The position numbers and the translations under genes are program-made. The notes beneath the pieces were generated by a model. The model worked only from the letters and a program-made list of their open reading frames with translations, was not told the origin of the DNA and did not search any database. A stretch of 64,000 nucleotides of DNA from Octopus vulgaris. Taxonomy: Eukaryota. Every line of letters starts with the position of its first letter. The stretch's first letter is position 1. The stretch is taken from assembly GCA_951406725.2 (NCBI GenBank), contig OX597819.1, forward strand, positions 24,738,001 through 24,802,000, read 5' to 3'. This document shows positions 54,699-64,000 of this stretch, piece by piece.

Positions 54699-54700
<2 letters not shown>
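51234..54700 (-). mobile_element. Near full-length decayed CR1-clade LINE (CCCH zinc finger, APE endonuclease, reverse transcriptase)
   Basis: CKFYLQGKCWHGEDGTNCQFTHP. APE motifs IALVETH, DRRERSHGGVAVYI, MGDFNFP, RPTRANNILD, SDH. RT motifs GPDGFP, YLDFAKAFDKVDH, SGVPQGTVLGP, YADY. Many stops and frameshifts. (TA)n on both sides. Confidence 0.93.
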
Positions 54701-54738
<38 letters not shown>

Positions 54739-54740
<2 letters not shown>

Positions 54741-54935
54741 ATGTTGTGTAAGTAAAATTGCATATTACATTAATAATGAAACAATTGTTCAGGGTTAATC
54801 TATTTTTTCGTTGTGTTTCACTTACCTTACGTTAAATGTAGTGGTACTTCTTCTTGGAAACAACTTTTAGTGGCTATACCATTAGCGGAGCTATTTTTAG
54901 CACTAGAGTGAACCACATAGTGGTCACTCGCTAAT
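54739..54935 (+). mobile_element. Penelope-like terminal fragment with the 3' half of a hammerhead, relative of 48897-49100
   Basis: gtaagtaaaatt.cat..cattaata..GAAACAATTGTT and ctagagtga.cca.atagtg..cactc match the reverse complement of 49045-49090 and 48899-48926. Lies between two (TA)n runs. Confidence 0.65.
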
Positions 54936-54942
54936 ATTTATG

Positions 54943-54997
<55 letters not shown>

Positions 54998-55457
54998 AAC
55001 AGGCTTCCACTTGCTTGCCGTCTACTAAATTCACTCACGAGATTTTGGTCAGCCCGCGGATTTATTTGAAAACACTTGCCCGAGTTGCCACGCAGTGGGA
55101 CTGAACTCGAAAATATGTGATTGAAAAGAAAATTAATATCAAAATTTATGCATTTGTTGTTTTTATTTATTTACTCTCTCTTTCCCTCTCCCTTTCTCTT
55201 TCACTCTCACACACACACACACACAAAGCGATAAGTATTTGATTTCATATACCTTCACAAAGCAGGGCCAAGACATATTACATAGTGATTTTATGACGTA
55301 GGCAATCTCGAGATTCCTCGGATTCTACTGTTCCATTTTGATAAAAAAAAAACACTTATTAGTTCCATAGTTTCACTTATCACTGTACGGTCGAGTCAAT
55401 ATATAAACAATTTGCTTAAATTTGAAAAAATAAACGAATAATAAAATGAAATTTAAA

Positions 55458-55611
55458 AGTGGCTGTGTGGTAAGTAGCTTGCTAACCAACCACATGGTTC
55501 CGGGTTCAGTCCCACTGCGTGGCACCTTGGTTAAGTGTCTTCTACTATAGCCTCGGGCCGACCAATGCCTTGTGAGTGGATTTGGTAGACGGAAACTGAA
55601 AGAAGCCTGTA

Positions 55612-55673
<62 letters not shown>

Positions 55674-55897
55674 ATGTGTTTGTGTGTCTGTGTTTGTCCC
55701 CCTAGCATTGCTTGACAACCGATGCTGGTGTGTGTTTATGTCCCCGTTACTTAGCGGTTCGGCAAAAGAGACCGATAAAATAAGTACTGGGCTTACAAAA
55801 GAATAAGTCCCGGGGTCGAGTTGCTCGACTAAAAAAGGCGGTACTGCAGCACGGCCGCAGTCAAATGACTGAAACAAGTAAAAGAGTAAAAAGAGTA
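55458..55897 (+). mobile_element. SINE family A
   Basis: Matches the other copies. Confidence 0.9.
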
Positions 55898-56163
55898 ATA
55901 CAGAAAAAGAAAGGACATTCGTTTGTACCATAAAAAAAAGTCGCTCTAAAGTTGATAAGACGATAAAAAGAAAAAAAGAAAGAAGGAAACGGAGTCTTTT
56001 TTTTTTTATTTTGTTTAAAAAATCAAAAACATAAATAATAGAAATTTGATTGTCTACGTGACAGCTCCGTATTTCACCCAATGGTCTTTCCCCAACTGAT
56101 ATATCCAGTTTTATGAGTCTTTACATTGGCGCGCATGTGTGAAAGTACGTACAGACGTGTGTG

Positions 56164-56201
<38 letters not shown>

Positions 56202-56811
56202 TTTATATATTCTTAAGTGTATGTGTATTTGTTTGTGTGTTGTGTATGTGTGTGCGTGTAAGTGTGTGCGTGTAAGTGTGTGCGTTGTGTGTGCCTGTCT
56301 TTATTTATCTTTAAGTGAATGTGTGTTTGTTTATGTGCTATGTATCTGTGTGTGCGTGTATGTGTGTGTGTTGTGTGTGTGCCTGTCTTTATTTTTAGGT
56401 GTATGTGTGTTTGTTTGTATTGTGCATCTGTGTGTGTGTGTGTGTGCCAAGCTTTATATATCTTTAAGTGTATGAGTATTTGTTTGGGTGTTGTGTATCT
56501 ATGAGTGTGTGTGTGTGTGTGTGTGCGTGTGTATGTGTGCGTGTGTATGTGTGTGTGGGGGGTATATGAGTCTGTCAATATTATCTCTACGTGTACTTGT
56601 GTATGTGTGCGTGTTTGTTTGTGTGCGTGTGTGTGTGTATATATGTGTATTTGTATGTATGCGCGTGTATGCGTGAGTGTGCAAGATGGTGGTGATTGCT
56701 TGTGTCATTGTATGCGCGCATGTGCGTAAGTGTGTGTATGAGTGTGTGTGTATGTATGTGTGTGTGTAAGTGTGTATATGAGTGTGTGTGTGTATGAGTG
56801 TGTGTGTATGT

Positions 56812-56890
<79 letters not shown>

Positions 56891-59163
56891 TGTGTGTGTG
56901 TATGCGCGCCCGCATGCTTGTGTGTGTGTACTCGCGCATGGCTATTTGTTCTGTCGTGAGGTAAGGTGATATTTGTATCTGAAGAGACATTTACTGTCAG
57001 ATCTTCGATTTAAGATTTCAGTTAGGCTTCTTGATTAGCTTGCGAAATTCTAGAACGTGTCAAATGAAAACATGATTTATATGTGATCATTATCGCCATT
57101 ATCCGTGTTGTTGTTGTTGCTTTTGTTGTTGTTGTTGCTGTTGTTGTTGTTGTTATTAACCTCAGCCATGTCATGTTGCTGTAGTAATTTCATTTTGTTT
57201 TGTTAATATTTAGTCGTAGTTGTAGTAGTTGCCGGTGTTGTTAACTTCAATTTCGTCATGTAATATCATTTCATCGGTCATGTTTATATGTTGTATTAGT
57301 TTTTGTTCGTGTTATTTATCCCCGAGTCAACTTTGACCGCGCTGACCTTTGATCAAACGATGCTTAACCATTACCGTTTTGTACTTTTTAAGTATAAGTG
57401 GGATTACAGAAACTAATATATTCTTTACAAGGAGTGGCTGTGTGGCAAGTAGCTTGCTTACCAACCACATGGCTCCGGATTCAGTCTCACTGCGTGGCAC
57501 CTTGGGCAAGTGTCTTCTACTATAGCCTCGGGCCGACCAAAGTTTTGTGAGTGGATTTGGAATAAAACCAATGTTGTCTTCGAAACATATGTCGAAAGTA
57601 AAAGAATTTGAATAGCATCTGCGTTCAACTCCATTTACTAACTTATACTACACAAATTACTGCACATTAACCCGGAGTTTCTACCTTCGAGTAGGTCGCT
57701 ACATCCTTGTTACTTGCGTGAATTTTTCTACCCTGTAACTGTTTATTGAACGTATGGTACATGTTACGAATATCAACAAGTGACATTCATGTATACTGGT
57801 ATAGTATATAGGGGCGAACTATGTTGACTTTGAGGACTTGATAATGCTGTGGTGCTCGTGATTTTTGAAGGTTCACCAGAGTAGAGCTATCCGATTACAA
57901 CCACCCTAGTACTCAAATGGTGCTTATTTTATTGACCCCGAAAGGATGAAAGGCAAAGTCAAGCTTTGCAGAATTTGAACTTTGAACGTAAAGCCGAAAG
58001 AACTAGCGCTAAGCATTTCGTCCGGCGTGCTGATGATTCTGCCACGAGCTACACATGGATGCACCCTACGCATTTAGCGAAGAGATGCATATGGATGCTC
58101 TCTACGTATTTAGCGAAGAGATGCAAACATCATATAGTCATCACATGCACGTAGTACATAAATACATGCCATAAAACAAGCAGATAGCAACTCACACTCT
58201 ACCGTATTGAAAAAGGAAGAACGTGTGGAAAATACAGTTGTAACTATATAAAAAGATAGGGTAGACACGGCTGAAACGCTTTGCATTATAGGCTTCTTCG
58301 ATCAGAACTGACTTGGAGCTAAATAACAGTTAAACATTAAAACAGCAATTAAACTATGAGTAAGCCAATGAAGAAGCCATTGTGTTGTCAGTCAGTTTTT
58401 CAGAAACAGACGCCAACGCTCCTTCAGATAAAACGCTTATGTACACTGACAACGTGGTCATCGATATTTTATCTGAAAAAATGTGGAGACAATCTGAGTT
58501 GGAACAAATATCTTTCGATTCCAGGTCTGTTCGAACAAAGCTGTCATGTGGTTAAATAACAAATATTAAATCTTAAAAAGTGGTTGTTATTTATTAAAAA
58601 AAAATCAATTCAATAAAATTGACAAAATAATTGGGAAAAGGAACCGACCCTATTTTTTTTAGGTCTTACTGTGTTCGGTAGGTGGCCATATTTGTTCGTG
58701 TTATCCTGGCTGCCAGACTTCCGGTCAAAACTTTTGTGTATCTGCATTGCATTAATGACGCCACGCTGTGTCTAGGGCAAAGACATTTGATACTCAATGG
58801 CCAATCCTACGATGTATATCAAACACATGCCGCGACGTGTTATACTTCACTGGCCTAATCTATTCTGCCAGATCTTTTCATGAAACAACCAGGCGGTGAC
58901 ATGATCGGAAATTTGTGCGGCTTAAAGATGTGAAAACTGGGACAAATCCAAGAACGATAGGCAATGGATTCGCAGAGTCGTTAAAGCGTCGAACAAAACT
59001 GCCGCCATATTTAGCTACTATCGTAAAACGTACTGTGTTCGAATCCCGCGAGTTCGGTCAACTTTTCCTTTCGTCTTCTAGATTCACTAAAATGTAGTGT
59101 CAATCAAGTCTTAGAATCGATTTAATGTTTTATGTAAAGTATCGTATGTATGAATGGAATTGT

Positions 59164-59899
59164 AACTGGTTCTCAACGATTTTTAACCTATGGACAGCTT
59201 TGATTCTTATTTTACTGAGATAAACTCTCCAAGCAATTTAATGTTTAAAAAAATCCAATTACGTTTTTATATTTTACTAGCAGTATCGCCCGGCGTTGCT
59301 CGGGTTTGTAAGGGAAATAACTATAAAAGCATTTTTAGAGAGTTACTTCCCTTATAGATGCCAATTCGGGCTTTCTTAGCCATTTCTGTTTTGGTCTCTT
59401 CAAGCCATGAAGTCGTTGTTCTAAAAGAACGCTGGTCTCCTTGACAACGCTTTACGACGTTGATTTCCTTACACTCCCTTCCCCACAGCTTCACGAGGGA
59501 GGGAAGAGGGGGAGAAGCAAACAGGTGCAGGTGTGACCATGGACGCCAACTCCGCCGCCATCGACACACGAAAAATTATGCATTAAAATGGAATAAAAAA
59601 TGATGTTAAATTATTTTTAAAATCGTAGACTCATCGTTGACGCGCGCTAATACTCAGACGGGCTCGATATGAATCATGACTATAAGATACCCGAATTTGG
59701 TTAAACTGCACCGCAAAATGTGGGAGTAGTTAGGAATCTAAATCGTAGGGGACAGACAGCACACAACCTCACTTTTATATATAAAGATTAGGAATTGTAA
59801 AAAATCTGTTAAAATTTTGTATTGTAGAAGTATGATCAATTTATTGCGCATAATTTTTCATAGCAAAACCTTATATGGGCCCCGGTTGTAAAGTACTGT
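59164..59899. mobile_element. Degenerate hAT (Charlie-like) MITE interrupted by a Helitron
   Basis: Ends actggttctcaac and ggttgtaaagtactg resemble CAGTGGTTCTCAAC-type TIRs. Confidence 0.35.
59277..59787 (-). mobile_element. Non-autonomous Helitron, variant 3 (GC-rich internal segment)
   Basis: Same termini as the other Helitrons; interior shared with 61776-62290. Confidence 0.9.
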
Positions 59900-60709
59900 A
59901 ATGGAAAAATGCTCTTGGCCGAGTAACTAACAAATCTGCTTTACAGCCACGCAATTTCGAGTTCAATCCAATTGAGTGTTATTTTGAGCAAGTGTTTTCT
60001 ACCATAACTTTGGGGTAACGATGCCTTATAAGTGACATATGCGAGACGGAAACTATTTAGAGGCTTAGTGGATGAATCGTTTCTGTTCTTTGACAATAAG
60101 CTTCATCTGCCGTCCTACTTACCACTGCTTACTATCATCCCATCTACTTGGCATTTGGATAACATAAGCAAAGCCCACTGTATTATAAACATTCAGGACA
60201 CGTTTTCGGTCTAAGCGTAATTTTCTAAAGTCTTCCCATGTGTTTCAGAAACTTAGAGGAGTATGTGTGCACGTTGTCTTTCTCTGACTAAGAAGATGGC
60301 TACAAGTAAAACAGAGAAATAAAATAGAAAAATAAAATCTATTGCAATTACATATTACTAACCAAGCTACGGTGACATAAATTAATATATCAACAAACGA
60401 AAAGTTTAGGATTTGTAGTAATTAAAGTTTTGTATTACCTTTTGAGAAATTTTGTTGGTTAGTCGCAATATGCATGACTAATATCTCGGTTAGTCATTTT
60501 ACATGGCAAAGAAGAAGAGCAAAATGTTTCGTCAGAGTCCATGTTCAATTAAGTCATTACTAGTCACTTCTGTGGGTTTTAACAGATTACTAATGCTAAC
60601 AAAATAGCACCATACACCATTTATTTAATATTTAATTATAATTTTCCTTATTTTCTTTACTCTTTTACTTGTTTCAGTCATTTGACTGCTATAATTTTCC
60701 TTATTTTCT

Positions 60710-61110
60710 TTACTCTTTTACTTGTTTCAGTCATTTGACTGCGGCCATGCTGGAGCACCGCCTTTAGTCGAGCAAACTGACCACAGGACTTATTCTTTGT
60801 AAGCCTAGTACTTATTCTATCGGTCTCTTTTGCCAAACCGCTAAGTTATGGGGACGTAAACACACCAGCATTGGTTGTCAAGCGATGTTGAGGGGGGGGA
60901 GACAAACACAGACACATAAACACATACACACACATATATATACATATATACGACGGGCTTCTTTCAGTTTCCGTTTACCAAATCCACTCACAAGGCTTTG
61001 GTCGGCCCGAGGCTATAGTAGAAGTCACTTGTTTAAGATACCACGCAGTGGAAGTGAACTGGAACCATGTGGTTGGTAAGCAAGCTACTTGCCACACAGC
61101 CACTCCTGCC
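60710..61110 (-). mobile_element. SINE family A, full length
   Basis: Reverse complement of family A. Confidence 0.9.
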
Positions 61111-61775
61111 TCTTGTTCATGGTTTTTTATTTTTATTTTGTGTCTTGTCTTCATATCTCTGTGATTTGTGTGTCTGCATGTATGCATAATACATACTTAT
61201 ATCCATATACATATATACACACGCACAACCGAGTTTACACATAATAATAAGTATCCGCGGCATTTCATGTATGTGTCTTTTACTTTAACCTTATGAGGAA
61301 ATGGACAAACGGAAACTGTATCGAAGCTCGTCCGGTTGATTCTATCTGTAATTCAAAGCTTCGACCTTGTTAGACCTGTATAGATTTGGTTCTACCAGAA
61401 CTATATTAAGGACACACGAGTCTGCAGAATACTCAGCCACTTACACGCTAATTTAATGAGTTATTAGCTCAGTTGATGGAACGACTGGATGCTAGCATGT
61501 CGCCCTCAATGATAGTTTCCATCATTCGCATACACGCACACATATGTGTGTATATAGTTTTTTCTTAAAACGAATTAGAGGTAAAAGAAAAAAACTCACT
61601 GGAACTAGTGACATGAATTTAGATATTAAAGAAGTCAGTAGGAGATTTGCTGAAAGTTGTATACACTAAATTCCTAATGTATGAAAACTTGCTTCGCCGA
61701 TGGGGGGGAGAGTAATAAAGTCGCTGTGGTAATTATTACTAAGTCTGATTGAGAAGAGAAAATAATTTCAAGAAA

Positions 61776-62290
61776 TCTATATATATAAAACTGTAGTTGT
61801 GTGAGTGTCTGTCCCCTTCGATTTAGATTCCTAACTACTCCCACATTTTGCGGTGCAGTTTAACCAAATTCGGGTATCTTATAGTCGTGATTCATATCGA
61901 GCCCGTCTGAGCTATTAGCGCGCGTCTACGATGAGTCTACGATTTTAAAAATAATTTAACATCATTTTTTATTCCATTTTAATGCACAATTTTTCGTGTG
62001 TCGATGGCGGCGGAGTTGGCGTCCACGGTCACACCTGCACCTGTTTTGCTTCTCCCCCTTCTTCCCTCCCTCGTGAAGCTGTGGGGAAGGGAGTGTAAGG
62101 AAATCAACGTCGTAAAGCGTTGTCAAGGAGACCAGCGTCCTTTTAGAACAACGACTTCATGGATTGAAGACACCAAAACAGAAATGGCTAAGAAAGCTCG
62201 AATTGGCATCTATAAGGGAAGTAACTCTCTAAAAATGCTTATATAGTTATTTCCCTTACAAACCCGTGCAACGCCGGGCGATACTGCTAG
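61776..62290 (+). mobile_element. Non-autonomous Helitron, variant 3
   Basis: A|TC 5' end, hairpin cccgtgcaacgccggg, CTAG|T 3' end. Confidence 0.9.
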
Positions 62291-63352
62291 TTAAGAATAA
62301 ATTGAAAAACGCATGAGTGGATCAATAATTTTAGAAAAATTTCTTTTTCGGATGGTAAAGTCTAAGATTTCGGTTTACTTTCTGTTTTGGTGAAGCTACT
62401 GCCTCAACCTCGAGACGATGAGACAAGTACTAGTCAATGACAAAGCCTCCGTGTAGTCACTCGACTCGCTTGAAATAGCAAGCAAATCACTTTCAGAGTA
62501 CATTTTACCGTCTTATAAAAATAAGAAAACGTTCGTTTATGTAGGCCAAGATATACAAATGAGACAGGATGATCATGATCGGATTGCTTTTCATCAGATA
62601 TCTTCTCATACAAGGATTTAGTCTTATAATCAGCAGAAAGGCCTGATCAATGGCCATGATTCTTTACAGAACCTCCGAGGCTAGTGTGAGAAAGGGAAGA
62701 AAGTATCCTCCAGCCAATGACCTGGCCAAGTGCATGCAACAAAACGAAATCTAAAAGCAGCCAAGGTGCTAGGTGATGAAACTAAACTAGTTGCCGGATT
62801 AAGTCCGCTACCCAAGTAGGCTATGACGTAATTTGAACACAGAACACGCAGAGTCGTAACTGATACCGCAAGGTATCTTGTCCGACATTCTGACATTTCC
62901 GCCAATCCAAAGCCCTATATACGTACCTTTTTTTTTATTTATTGACCCTGTAAAAATAAACAACACATTTGACATGGGCAGGATTCGAGGTCTGAGCACA
63001 GATAATCGATGATCAAAGCAAATATGGCGACGTATTCTTTTCAACGTTCACGCTATTCTATTTATTCACTGCCTTAACAATAACAATAACATCATCAGCG
63101 CCCAAAAGATTTGAGATTCTTTATGAAGTAATGAACTCCATATCTAGACGAAGAAGCCCGACTTACAGGTACATTAATGTATGAATGGAGTGGATCAACG
63201 TGAATAGAATTGTCTTGTTCAATGACACAACATGCAGCATGGCTCAGAAATTATGAACTCGACATTATGATCCTAGACATCTTGTTCGTGCACGCTCTAT
63301 CTACGAAGCCAAGCACGACTTGCACATGTTTTATATGACCAAAACACGGATT

Positions 63353-64000
63353 GGATCTTTACCTTTTGACCGACAGATTTTAAAAAAATGATTTTTTGTA
63401 ACTAAACACTTTCAAACTTCGTATACTTGTAGAATGTGTCACATAAAACATCTTTTACTCTTGGCGTTGTTGAGAAAATTCTGTATTTTGGAAGTTATTT
63501 TTTGTTAAAGTAGTCGTATTTCGGTAATTTCAACCAATCAATGACGTGTTTTCAGCTGAATAAAAGTACTACTGTTGTTTGTCAAAAACAACTATCGGCG
63601 GTGTGTATTTCGTTTGTCATTTATGACATCGTTCGTGCCTTTGTACTGGTTTTAGTTTTAAGGTTTTCGGGTTAGGGTTTTAGGGTTAGCGTTAGGGTTT
63701 TAGGGTTAGGGTTTTAGGGTTAGGGCTAGGATTAGGATTAGGGATTTAGGGTTAGGGTTATGGAAAAAATGAAAAATGAAGCACGAACGATTGTGGTGGT
63801 GCCATGAAGTAAACATGCTTGAGATACACTCGTTTATTGATACAGAAGTAACTGAGATGAAATATGTCATAAATAACAGTGACAAACGAAATATACACCG
63901 CCGGAAGTTGTTGTTGACAAACAACGGCAGTAATTTTATTCAGCTGAATACACGTCATTGATTGGTTGAAATTACCGAAATAAGACAACTTTAACAAAAA
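63353..64000. mobile_element. Foldback/MITE-like element with long inverted arms and internal (TTAGGG)-like repeats; runs off the window end
   Basis: 63499-63628 is the reverse complement of about 63863-64000. Degenerate TTAGGG array at 63649-63760. The left boundary is approximate. Confidence 0.8.

Noticed and set aside
58650-59015. ETS-, CCAAT- and YY1-like motifs and a possible 15-nt microexon
   Set aside because: Short motifs are expected by chance, and there is no adjacent gene or other support.
61998-62246. 82-aa ORF, with a similar one at 59321-59569
   Set aside because: Internal to non-autonomous Helitrons, GTG start, N-termini differ by a frameshift between copies, and no recognisable domain.
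63649-63760. True telomere
   Set aside because: Short, degenerate and enclosed by inverted arms.

Overview
AT-rich, repeat-saturated eukaryotic DNA with no well-supported host protein-coding gene. The SINE sequences and microsatellite load resemble octopus (cephalopod) DNA; this is inferred from recalled repeat families and was not checked by search. Nearly all long ORFs in the track are microsatellite or repeat artefacts. The window contains: many copies of three tRNA-derived SINE families plus one CORE-like SINE; five non-autonomous Helitrons in three internal variants; a decayed, near full-length CR1-clade LINE (CCCH finger, APE endonuclease, RT) whose 3' tail is shared with the commonest SINE; a 5'-truncated CR1 with an open ORF; RTE and R4/Dong-type remnants; mariner/pogo MITEs; and a foldback element with internal TTAGGG repeats. 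The strongest signal is about 10 minimal type I hammerhead ribozyme motifs of the Penelope-like retroelement kind, from several sequence families. Three are essentially canonical (11430, 22101, 49039). Most lie in short segments bordered by (TA)n tracts, and one such segment splits a SINE inside its own TA run. Microsatellite-bounded inverted duplications also occur. One 99-nt phase 1-1 exon candidate with ShK-like cysteine spacing lies at 39109-39207 (-).
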